From an uncultured bacterium (GTDB lineage Bacteria; Patescibacteriota; Microgenomatia; Levybacterales; UBA12049): a stretch of 64,000 nt of DNA. Shown one piece after another: positions 1 through 8,049 of this stretch (positions are counted from its first letter, which is position 1; each line of letters opens with the position of its first letter). The notes under the pieces were generated by a model. It was not told where the DNA came from. It saw only the letters and a program-made list of their open reading frames with translations, and did not search any database. The stretch lies in NCBI GenBank assembly GCA_963826535.1, contig CAWGXL010000011.1, positions 256,809-320,808 on the forward strand. Reading direction: 5' to 3'. Made by a program: the position numbers and the translations under genes.

Positions 1-336
1 CGCAATTCTCTGATTATCTTCAAAAGATCTACCACCTAATTTTGCAAGTTCACTTCTAAGTGTACGGTCCTGGGCTAATATTCCTCCGCTTGCTTCATTT
101 TCTGCTCGCGCAAAAGAATTTTCAATAGCTAAAGAATCTAATTCGCCTGCCTTTAAAAGTAAAGCAGTTTCGTCAAGCATGATTGTTTCTATTGCAGTGT
201 CTATAGCAATTTTTTTTAAATTGCGTGGTATTCCACTATGATATTCACTTCTTGCTGCAAATTCATTAATTTGCCTTCTTAATCGTGCTGCTATTAGTTG
301 ATCGGGGCTAACTGATGATGGTAATTCTCCTGCCAT
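1..336 (-). CDS. Partial CDS (N-terminal 112 codons; the gene continues past the window start), function unknown
   Basis: Open minus-strand frame with ATG at 336-334 (MAGELPSSVSPDQLIAARLRRQINEF...). No recognisable domain by eye. Confidence 0.45.
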   Translation of the reverse strand, partial: MAGELPSSVSPDQLIAARLRRQINEFAARSEYHSGIPRNLKKIAIDTAIETIMLDETALLLKAGELDSLAIENSFARAENEASGGILAQDRTLRSELAKLGGRSFEDNQRIA

Positions 337-445
337 ATTTATACTGAGGTGTATTTTATACTATTTTAGGGTAAGCATCAATAAATGGGTTATCTCATTT
401 ATGAAGGTTGGTAAGCAGCTTTGGGCAGGGAAATAAAAGAAAATA

Positions 446-769
446 TTATTTGGTAAGTTTTACCGCTTTTTCAGCAACCATTTTGGCTGCATTTATTTCA
501 GTAGCTTGGTAGCCTTCTTGAGCAAGACGCCCATATAATGCTCTCATCGCGTGAGGGTATGCAGCATCGAAGCGCTCACTAAATTTTTTTAAATCTTGTC
601 CATCTCCTATTAATCCTGCTGTTTTCATTATTTCTATTTTCCGGTGAAGTGCTCTTAAAGCTTGCCTTAATTTAAAGTTTGGGCTCTCCATTAGTGTTTT
701 TACTCTTTCCGGATCTATAGTTGGAAATATAACCTTAAGTTCCACACGGCGATTTTTTCTTTCTAGCAT
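446..769 (-). CDS. Hypothetical protein (107 aa)
   Basis: ORF-track frame; no recognisable motif. Confidence 0.35.
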   Translation of the reverse strand: MLERKNRRVELKVIFPTIDPERVKTLMESPNFKLRQALRALHRKIEIMKTAGLIGDGQDLKKFSERFDAAYPHAMRALYGRLAQEGYQATEINAAKMVAEKAVKLTK

Positions 770-878
770 AATTTATCACCTCACTATCTGAAAACTTTAA
801 TAGCCGTTTATTATAGTGTATTAATAGGAGGGACGCAATAAAAGCTGATAATCAAATACGGCTTTAAATTAATCTAAA

Positions 879-1673
879 TTATGCTCCCGTGTTTTGATTG
901 TTATTTATTATAAGTTCTGCAGAACACCACAGCTTATCAAAATATATTCGATATTGTATGCTTAGCGCTGAGCTGTTTATATGAACTACCAAAGGTTCCA
1001 TAGCCGGAGTTAGTATGTATACATGGTCACCGGCTAACCAGACTGTATGCGGAAGTTTGGGTTGAGCGGCACTGATTTTTAAAATATAAGGATTATTAAT
1101 TAAGGGGCCGATATATTTTAAAGCGCTCATTCTTTCGCTTTCAAAGAATAGAATGTTAATCGGGATGCCAAGTTTTTTTAAATTCTTTACTTCTTCAACA
1201 TGCTTATTAAATATTGGTTTAACAAATTCATACCAATCTTCCGGCTCGCCGCCTATAACTGTGTATTCGCCTGCAAATTCAGCCCGTTTTCTAAAGTCAA
1301 ATAGGCCTAATTCGAAGCTATCGGGACCAGAGTAAATTTCAACTTTTTCTCCGCCTTTGCTTATTTTTTTTTCAATTTTTTTAACAACAACTTCTGCTAT
1401 TAATTCCTGCTGCCTTACATTGGTAAGCAATTTTTCCGGGTCCCCGATGCAATAGAATCTTTTCCCGTGGCGGATGGAGAACGTAATTAAGTGACGACGG
1501 GAGAGTGTGTCGAGGGCGTTATATACAATTTGTCTGTGTTTTTTAGTTAGGGCAACAATTGGAGCGACGAAACAGGGGCCGCGTTCTAAAAGCGCGACAA
1601 AAACTAAGCTTTCGGTGTAAGTTAAGCCGAGTTTTATTAAATTGTCAATTAATGCGTGATTGGTAATTTGCAT
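879..1673 (-). CDS. TrmB-family transcriptional regulator
   Basis: N-terminal winged HTH (LTYTESLVFVALLERGP) plus long C-terminal domain typical of TrmB. Divergent from the first Cys-rich gene. Confidence 0.6.
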   Translation of the reverse strand: MQITNHALIDNLIKLGLTYTESLVFVALLERGPCFVAPIVALTKKHRQIVYNALDTLSRRHLITFSIRHGKRFYCIGDPEKLLTNVRQQELIAEVVVKKIEKKISKGGEKVEIYSGPDSFELGLFDFRKRAEFAGEYTVIGGEPEDWYEFVKPIFNKHVEEVKNLKKLGIPINILFFESERMSALKYIGPLINNPYILKISAAQPKLPHTVWLAGDHVYILTPAMEPLVVHINSSALSIQYRIYFDKLWCSAELIINNNQNTGA

Positions 1674-1715
1674 GAATCGAGCCTAAATAATGAGTTAAAT
1701 CAAGATATTACAGGA

Positions 1716-1752
1716 AAACTGTCATGGTGTCAATAACTTATATTGACAGTTT
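1716..1752. promoter_or_regulatory. Operator-like 9-bp inverted repeat AAACTGTCA-N19-TGACAGTTT in the divergent intergenic region
   Basis: Perfect inverted repeat read directly. TTGACAG (-35-like) and TACATATAAT (-10-like) lie downstream toward the 1803 gene. Confidence 0.5.
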
Positions 1753-1802
1753 AATTAGATTACATATAATATATAATGTTACGCGCATAAATAATAAGTA
1801 AA

Positions 1803-2711
1803 ATGACCTTTTTGGAAAAATACGAACTACTTAAAAAATCTATTCCTGTTCCAGCTGTGGAAAACGATACACAATCGGTTGGTTGTGAATACTCAGACGG
1901 AATGATTGCCAGTAAAAACTGTTTCTATTGCGAAGGACTGAAGCAGGAAGACTGCATTTATGCTATATTGTCAGGGTATTCAACTAATATTGCAGATTGT
2001 CTCCACACGCACCAATCGGAAAAGTGTTACGCATGTGTTGCTTGTTCAAAATGTCATAGCTCCACTTATCTATTTGACTGCAATAACTCAACAGACTGCC
2101 ATTACTCAGCTTTACTAAATTCCTGTTCGGACTGTACCGGCTGTGTTGGCTTGACTCACAAGAAATATTGTATTTTTAATAAACAATTCTCCGAAGGAGA
2201 ATACAAAAAGCGGGTCGAAGAATTAAAAATGGAAAAACCTGAAATACTACTCGCGCAAATGATAGATTTGAAGCAAAAGATACCGCATCAGGCAAGCACT
2301 CAATTTAACAGCGAAAATTGTCCATATGGGGACTATATATATGATTCAAAGAACTGTTATTGGGTTTTTAATAGTTTATCCAATGAGAACTCCGGTTACG
2401 CTTTTGATACGACAGGGCTTTTAAATTGCTGGGATATGTATCGTGGAGGAGGTGCGCCTGGCAATGGCCAGAAGAGTGAACGTTGCTATGAAATGTTTTT
2501 TTCAAGGTTTAATTATGAGTGCGCATATCTAAATCACAGTGATAAATGTACTAATTGCATCTATGGAGATTGGCTTACTAACTGTAATGATTGCTTTGGT
2601 TGTATAGGGCTAAAGAGCAAAAAATACTGCATTTTGAATAATCAGCTAACTAAAGAGCAATATGAAAAGACTGTAAAAGGTATTAAAAAAGAGCTAGGGT
2701 GGAAAATTTAG
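1803..2711 (+). CDS. Cys-rich repeat protein, paralog 1 of 6 (novel family, most divergent copy)
   Basis: 302 aa with ~11% Cys. Shares the N-terminus MTFLEKYxLLKKSIPVPAV and the C-terminus KKYCILNNQLTKEQYEK..ELGWKI with five other ORFs. Confidence 0.85.
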   Translation: MTFLEKYELLKKSIPVPAVENDTQSVGCEYSDGMIASKNCFYCEGLKQEDCIYAILSGYSTNIADCLHTHQSEKCYACVACSKCHSSTYLFDCNNSTDCHYSALLNSCSDCTGCVGLTHKKYCIFNKQFSEGEYKKRVEELKMEKPEILLAQMIDLKQKIPHQASTQFNSENCPYGDYIYDSKNCYWVFNSLSNENSGYAFDTTGLLNCWDMYRGGGAPGNGQKSERCYEMFFSRFNYECAYLNHSDKCTNCIYGDWLTNCNDCFGCIGLKSKKYCILNNQLTKEQYEKTVKGIKKELGWKI

Positions 2712-2747
2712 TTTTTGAACAAATCCTAATCGTGCTATAATATCCTC

Positions 2748-3170
2748 ATGTTTACCAGTCGCATGGCTTTGAATTTGCTGCGTTACTCGCTTGGGGTGGT
2801 TTTTATTTGGTTTGGGGTACTTAAATTATTTAATGCTTCGCCGGATTTGGAAATACTTAAAGCTTCAATGCCTGCAGTACTAGGGCAGTCGCAATTGTTT
2901 TTTTTGGTGGTTTCAATTCTGGAAATACTTATCGGGATCGGGTTATTTCTGAAGCGTACGATCCGGTTTACAGTAATTGTTATGATCCTGGTTTTAATTG
3001 TAGTAACTGTTGCGGTTTTGCTGACGCAGGGGTTTGATCCGCGATTTCCTATTCTTTCGTTAGCCGGAGAATTTGCGCTGAAGAATCTTGTCCTAATCGC
3101 GGCAGGACTTGTATTGCTTACAAAAGTAGAGAAGAATGAAGAAATACAAGAGGATAAACACAAGCAATGA
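2748..3170 (+). CDS. Small multi-pass membrane protein (DoxX-like?)
   Basis: Four hydrophobic helices with an acidic C-terminal tail. Confidence 0.5.
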   Translation: MFTSRMALNLLRYSLGVVFIWFGVLKLFNASPDLEILKASMPAVLGQSQLFFLVVSILEILIGIGLFLKRTIRFTVIVMILVLIVVTVAVLLTQGFDPRFPILSLAGEFALKNLVLIAAGLVLLTKVEKNEEIQEDKHKQ

Positions 3171-3249
3171 ATACCCAAACAATATATTCTGAACACGTAC
3201 AAACAAAATTGACTTTTTCCTGTGTGATTGATATTATTCAAGTATAATT

Positions 3250-3474
3250 ATGCGTAAACATATTGTGTCTGATCCAAATATATTGAGCGGTAAGCCTGTG
3301 ATTGCGGGAACACGTATTCCTATTGTCCAGATACTTTTTTTACTAAAGACAGGCTATACGCTACAAGGAATCCAAGAGGAGTATCCCAATGTCAAACTTT
3401 CCACTTTACAACGCGTGTTAAACGAGTTGGCATCCGATATCTCTATTGCAAGGCATGACTCACAAAATTTATAA
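3250..3474 (+). CDS. DUF433-family protein (antitoxin-like)
   Basis: SGKPVIAGTRIPIVQIL motif characteristic of DUF433. Confidence 0.6.
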   Translation: MRKHIVSDPNILSGKPVIAGTRIPIVQILFLLKTGYTLQGIQEEYPNVKLSTLQRVLNELASDISIARHDSQNL

Positions 3475-3811
3475 ATTCAAACTGCTGCTTGATGAAGGTT
3501 TCTTCCGAAGACATAGGCTTGCAAAACTAAACCAGCTATATAACGTAAAACATATAACCGGAGATTTCCATAAAGAAGGTTTATCTGATCCTGACGTGGT
3601 AGAGATAGCAAAAAAGGAAAATCGGCTTGTGGTTACTTATAATGAAAAAGATTTCCGCACACTAGCAAATAAAAGCAAGGAAACAGGCGTGATCGGTATC
3701 TCTGATAATCTATCCGCGAAGCAGATTGATACGAAACTTACTGCGCTTTTAAAGCAAAGCAATCCAAAAGATCTTTTCGGCAGATTTACGCCTCTGAGCG
3801 GAGAAACATAA
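3446..3811 (+). CDS. DUF5615 / Mut7-C-like PIN-fold protein (toxin-like partner of DUF433)
   Basis: Overlaps the DUF433 gene. Resembles the three other DUF5615 ORFs in this window (LLLDE..., RLVVTYNEKDF). Confidence 0.55.
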   Translation: MQGMTHKIYKFKLLLDEGFFRRHRLAKLNQLYNVKHITGDFHKEGLSDPDVVEIAKKENRLVVTYNEKDFRTLANKSKETGVIGISDNLSAKQIDTKLTALLKQSNPKDLFGRFTPLSGET

Positions 3812-3838
3812 GCGGCTCACTTTGGGCACAAAAGAACT

Positions 3839-4747
3839 ATGAACTTCCTTGAAAAATATGATCTTCTGAAAAAATCTATTCCTGTACCTGCAATCATAAC
3901 CTTCCAATCAACTGATTGTGAATATGGAGATATCGTTTATAACAGTAAAAATTGTTACTATTGTTTCGATCCATCATATCTTATCGATGGGATGTATACC
4001 ACGCTTGGATTATGGAGTAATAAACTCGTAGATTGTACATCAGTATCGGAATCGGAAAAATGTTATCAATGTATTGATTCCAATAAATGTCATGACTCTA
4101 CATATCTTATGGATTGCAACAGTTGTACGGATTGCCATTTCTCAGCTTTTTTAAACTCTTGTACTGATTGTTTCGGTTGTGTTGCTTTAACGCATAAGAA
4201 ATATTGTATTTTTAACGAACAATTCTCCAAAGGAGAATATTTTAAAAAAGTTGAAGAATTAAAAAGAGAAAAACCGGAAAAGATTTTGGAGCAGATGATT
4301 GAATTAAAAAAACAGATACCTCATCCGGCTAGTCAGCAAGCCAATAATGAGAACTGTCCTTATGGCAATTATATTTACGATTCAAAAAATAGTTATTGGT
4401 GTTTTAATAGTTACTATGCTGAAAATTCAGGCTATAACTTCATAAGCGCGAACGCAAAGAACTGTTGGGATTTATATTGGTCAGGTAGTGGAGATCGAAG
4501 TCTTATAGCCGAGAGATGTTATGAACTAGTGATTTCAGGACGCTCTTCCTACGATTGTGCTTATTTATTACATAGCGATTTTTGTACAAACTGTTACTAT
4601 GGAGCATATCTTTTACACTGCTCCGACTGCTTCGGTTGTGTTGGGTTAAAAAATAAAAAATATTGCATTTTAAATAATCAACTTACGAAAGAACAATACG
4701 AAAAAGCACTTAAAGAGATCAAAAGTGAGCTGGGGTGGAAAATTTAA
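3839..4747 (+). CDS. Cys-rich repeat protein, paralog 2
   Basis: Same family, with a C-x2-C-x2-C-x8 15-residue periodicity. Confidence 0.85.
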   Translation: MNFLEKYDLLKKSIPVPAIITFQSTDCEYGDIVYNSKNCYYCFDPSYLIDGMYTTLGLWSNKLVDCTSVSESEKCYQCIDSNKCHDSTYLMDCNSCTDCHFSAFLNSCTDCFGCVALTHKKYCIFNEQFSKGEYFKKVEELKREKPEKILEQMIELKKQIPHPASQQANNENCPYGNYIYDSKNSYWCFNSYYAENSGYNFISANAKNCWDLYWSGSGDRSLIAERCYELVISGRSSYDCAYLLHSDFCTNCYYGAYLLHCSDCFGCVGLKNKKYCILNNQLTKEQYEKALKEIKSELGWKI

Positions 4748-4769
4748 TTATTAATGCTACGCAACATTT

Positions 4770-4860
4770 GTCATTCCGAGCGAAGTCGAGGAATCTCATA
4801 CCACAAAGTTGCTCAGTGATGCTAGATCCCTCCACTGCGCTACGCTTCGGTCGGGATGAC
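4770..4860. repeat. 91-bp MITE-like element with imperfect 16-bp terminal inverted repeats (GTCATTCCGAGCGAAG / CTTCGGTCGGGATGAC)
   Basis: Read directly. Intergenic, immediately 3' of paralog 2. Belongs to the GTCATTCC...GGAAT(GAC) repeat family also seen near 37.7 kb and 57.2 kb. Confidence 0.5.
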
Positions 4861-4878
4861 ACTGTATAAGATGAGTCA

Positions 4879-5226
4879 TTAAGTAGAGAGGTCTTTTATA
4901 AATTTGTTTTCTTTGTCTACTAAAATGTTGAGGGGTTTTATTGGTTTGTCAGTTAGTTCAAATCCCATGATGATGATCTCCTCGCCTACTTTGATGATAT
5001 GGGCGGCGGCGCCATTCATGCAAATTGTGCCTGAACCTCTTTTCCCTGGAATTATGTAAGTTTCCAGCCGGGCGCCTGTGGTATTGCTCACTATTAAAAC
5101 TTTTTCGCCAATCCATAAGCCGACTCTGTCAACTAAGTCAACGTCAATTGTCATACTGCCAATGTAGTTTGGATTAGCCTCGGTAACTGTGGCTTTATGG
5201 ATTTTTGATCGTAGCATCCATCTCAT
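4879..5226 (-). CDS. panD: Aspartate 1-decarboxylase (pyruvoyl-dependent)
   Basis: [28 protein letters not shown]... with the Gly-Ser self-cleavage site and the LETYII and [12 protein letters not shown] motifs. Confidence 0.85.
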   Translation of the reverse strand: MRWMLRSKIHKATVTEANPNYIGSMTIDVDLVDRVGLWIGEKVLIVSNTTGARLETYIIPGKRGSGTICMNGAAAHIIKVGEEIIIMGFELTDKPIKPLNILVDKENKFIKDLST

Positions 5227-5237
5227 ACGCTTTAATT

Positions 5238-5711
5238 TTACTTTATGCCTAATAATTCAACTTCAAAGATGAGAGTGGAGTTGGGAGGAATATCGCCAGC
5301 TCCCTGTTGTCCGTATCCCAGGTCCGGGGGAATGGTGAGTTTTCGTTTGCCGCCGACTTTCATTCCGATTACTCCGAGATCCCAGCCTTTGATAACCGCA
5401 CCGGTGTCAATTTGGGTCTCCAGCGGTTGACCGCGATCGTAGGAGCTGTCAAATTTTGTGCCGTTTGTCAGGGTGCCGAGATAATGGATGACTATTGTGT
5501 CACCGCTTTTAACTGCAGCGCCTGTGCCGGCTTGGGTATCTTCTATTTTTAATCCTAATGCGCCCGTTGTAGTATCCATAATTTTTGTATTATTTGCCGG
5601 TTCCGGTTGTTTGGCCGGGAGAAAGATGTCGGTAATGTGGAATGTAAATAACGATACTATTATTATTGCTAAAATTCCAACTACCAAAACGACTTGTGTC
5701 GATTTAGGCAT
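5238..5711 (-). CDS. FKBP-type peptidyl-prolyl cis-trans isomerase, membrane-anchored
   Basis: N-terminal TM helix followed by an FKBP domain ([27 protein letters not shown]...FEVELL). Confidence 0.8.
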   Translation of the reverse strand: MPKSTQVVLVVGILAIIIVSLFTFHITDIFLPAKQPEPANNTKIMDTTTGALGLKIEDTQAGTGAAVKSGDTIVIHYLGTLTNGTKFDSSYDRGQPLETQIDTGAVIKGWDLGVIGMKVGGKRKLTIPPDLGYGQQGAGDIPPNSTLIFEVELLGIK

Positions 5712-5859
5712 TTGAGTTATTCTACACGAAACGAAGGATTGTTTGCAAGAGCATATTAGACTTTACTATATGTTTTTCCCTCATGCAAAACAATTCCTAA
5801 GATCTAAATCTTAAAGCCATGCGCCGGGTTTGTCCAATAACTAAGGCCGGAGCGCATTA

Positions 5860-6090
5860 TTAACGGCAGTTTTGTATGCATGATTTATATTTCGATGAGC
5901 AATAACCCCTGTGTGTCTGGACACAGAAATAGTAATATCGCAAACAAGCGTTCACGCAGGTTTGGCTGGGAGCGGCATAAGCATTCTGGACTAATGCGGA
6001 GGAGTTCCCTACCTTACCCACTAACGCAACTAAGGATATCACTCCGATGAACAATGCTACTCCTAAAAATGTAAATAGTATTTTTTTCAT
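5860..6090 (-). CDS. Small secreted Cys-rich peptide (76 aa precursor)
   Basis: Signal-peptide-like N-terminus plus a ~40-aa region with 6 Cys (CVNACLRYYYFCVQTHRGYCSSKYKSCIQNC). Confidence 0.45.
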   Translation of the reverse strand: MKKILFTFLGVALFIGVISLVALVGKVGNSSALVQNAYAAPSQTCVNACLRYYYFCVQTHRGYCSSKYKSCIQNCR

Positions 6091-6298
6091 AATACCACCC
6101 CCATCAAAAAATTAATTTTACGAGTGCATAATAAAATATCAGCCAAAATTTGTCAATAACCTGTAATATTTTTTTACATAAAACTCACACTAGAAATTTG
6201 AAGCGAAATTAAATGGCGAAACACAAAAATTTTCTTTTGACAAATGATTTAGAAATGCCTAGACTAGAATTAAGTCGCGCTTGTCAATTTAGCGATTT

Positions 6299-6901
6299 TT
6301 GTTTATGGCTAAAACTATGCATAGTATTAATCTGATGCCTAACCGTGGGGATACGGTACTTATACAATTTCTTAATTGGGCACTCACAATCGGACGCCTG
6401 CTTATCATCCTGGTTGAAACATTGGCGCTTGGTACGTTTCTTTACAGATTTTCTCTGGATATGCAGATCGTGGATTTAAAGGATAAAATAAAAGTTCAGC
6501 GTGCTTTTGTTACCAGTTATAAGAGCCAGGAAGAAATATTCAGGAATCTTCAGGACAGGCTTAATCTAGTCAAGAAATATGATACAAAAGCTGAGAGCAG
6601 TCCAAAGGCTTTAAGCGATATTATAGACATGGGACGCGGGTATATTACTTTTCGAAGTATATATATTTCCAATACGGTTTTTCGGATAGAAGCGTCAGCG
6701 CCGACAGTTGCACCTCTGACAGTGTTTGTTAATTCTCTGAAAAAGTATCCACTTATTAAGTCAATAAGCATAGATAAAGTGGAGAACAAGACATCAAGCG
6801 CCGAAATTATTGTGGGTATTAGCGCATATTTGACCGCGGATACAAAAGCCGCGGATACAACGGCCGAACAATTACAAACTCAGGAACCTTTTAAAGAATA
6901 A
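6299..6901 (+). CDS. pilN: PilN-like type IV pilus assembly protein
   Basis: N-terminal INLMP motif (PilN hallmark INLLP), one TM helix, then a coiled-coil periplasmic region. Confidence 0.5.
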   Translation: MFMAKTMHSINLMPNRGDTVLIQFLNWALTIGRLLIILVETLALGTFLYRFSLDMQIVDLKDKIKVQRAFVTSYKSQEEIFRNLQDRLNLVKKYDTKAESSPKALSDIIDMGRGYITFRSIYISNTVFRIEASAPTVAPLTVFVNSLKKYPLIKSISIDKVENKTSSAEIIVGISAYLTADTKAADTTAEQLQTQEPFKE

Positions 6902-6907
6902 AAAATT

Positions 6908-7534
6908 ATGATCAGACTGCCTAAGAATTTTTTTACAAACCTAACTCCCGCACAATATAAGGAGTATCTAAAGCTGTTACCTGACCTCAAGGATGAAAAG
7001 TCACAACTTTATGCCATGCTTGGGTTCACATTAGTCGCGATGTCGTTTTTTGGGATCTTTGCTATTAATCCTACACTTTCAACTATTGCAGAGTTAAAAC
7101 GGCAGCTCTCAGATTTGCATTTTGTTTACGAAAAACTTGTAACGAAAACACAAAATCTTAGTACGCTGCAGCAGAAATATCAATATTTATCAGGTGATCT
7201 TCCTGTAATAATTGATGCAATGCCCATGAAACCCGAGGTGCCAAAGTTTGTGGCTCAGATTAATGCGCTAATTGCGGAATCTAATTTAGAGACAAGAACA
7301 TTGCAGACTTATGGGGTAGAAATTACTCCGAATAAAAAAGTTCCTGAAAAACAAGCTTTATCTTATGTCTTTTCACTGGAAGCCGAGGGCACGTACGAGG
7401 AAATGCTTATATTTGTGCAGAAAATAACGCGGTTTAACCGACTGGTCACTATTGATATGCTCACTATTGCCAAAGACGAAAAAAGAGATGTGCTTATACT
7501 TAATTTGCGCGGCAGAGAGTATTTTAAACCGTAG
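6908..7534 (+). CDS. pilO: PilO-like pilus assembly protein
   Basis: Short cytoplasmic N-terminus, TM helix and coiled coil. Immediately downstream of the pilN-like gene. Confidence 0.45.
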   Translation: MIRLPKNFFTNLTPAQYKEYLKLLPDLKDEKSQLYAMLGFTLVAMSFFGIFAINPTLSTIAELKRQLSDLHFVYEKLVTKTQNLSTLQQKYQYLSGDLPVIIDAMPMKPEVPKFVAQINALIAESNLETRTLQTYGVEITPNKKVPEKQALSYVFSLEAEGTYEEMLIFVQKITRFNRLVTIDMLTIAKDEKRDVLILNLRGREYFKP

Positions 7535-7587
7535 CTTAAACCATCCGGGTATTATACGCTATATGAAATTTAATAAAAGAGGAGTAT

Positions 7588-8049
7588 ATGTTTAAACGAA
7601 GAGGAGTATTACTAGTTTTGTGGTTGACCTTTATTACGGTGGTGGCCTGGATCGGCTTTCATATATATCACATTACCGTAACTTCGACTATCAGCGAAGA
7701 GTTGCAATTGCAAATCATACCGATTGATCCTAATTTTGATATGGATACTATTAATAGACTAAAGGGGCGAGTAAAAGTTGAGCCGCTTTATCAATTTAAT
7801 GAGAACACCGCGTCCGCCTCCCCGCTTAGCGGGGCTGATGCAGACGTAGCTGACCCCGTTTCAATCGGGGCTGAGGCAAATTCTCCACCCGCCGACACGG
7901 GACAGGGTCCAATTGATGCAAGTCCAACGACCGACTCCCCGCAAAGCCTTGGCTCCGAGGGGCAAGCAGAGCCGGGCGACGAAAGGGCGACGGACGAGGG
8001 TATCTCTCCAACTGAAAGTACATTGCCGCTAGTAACCGGAGCGCCATGA
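7588..8049 (+). CDS. Membrane-anchored acidic S/P/D-rich protein (PilP-like?)
   Basis: N-terminal TM helix. Its ATGA stop overlaps the start of the next gene. Confidence 0.4.
   Translation: MFKRRGVLLVLWLTFITVVAWIGFHIYHITVTSTISEELQLQIIPIDPNFDMDTINRLKGRVKVEPLYQFNENTASASPLSGADADVADPVSIGAEANSPPADTGQGPIDASPTTDSPQSLGSEGQAEPGDERATDEGISPTESTLPLVTGAP

Noticed and set aside
1803-2711. Cys-rich proteins as prepilins or minor pilins (because of the adjacent pilN/pilO-like genes)
   Set aside because: The N-terminus MTFLEKYELLKKSIPVPAV lacks the G|F(M)TLIE class-III leader and the following ~20-residue hydrophobic helix.
5245-5715. Plus-strand ORFs 5245..5430, 5307..5552 and 5488..5715, and similar antisense ORFs (1153..1335, 2783..3241, 9106..9541, 13232..13701, 21172..21552, 35270..35467, 46320..46628, 52196..52432, 59447..59749, 60305..60601)
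   Set aside because: Each lies entirely within and antisense to, or out of frame with, a well-supported gene. Each has skewed composition (Pro/Arg/Ser-rich from antisense GC tracts) and no ribosome-binding site.
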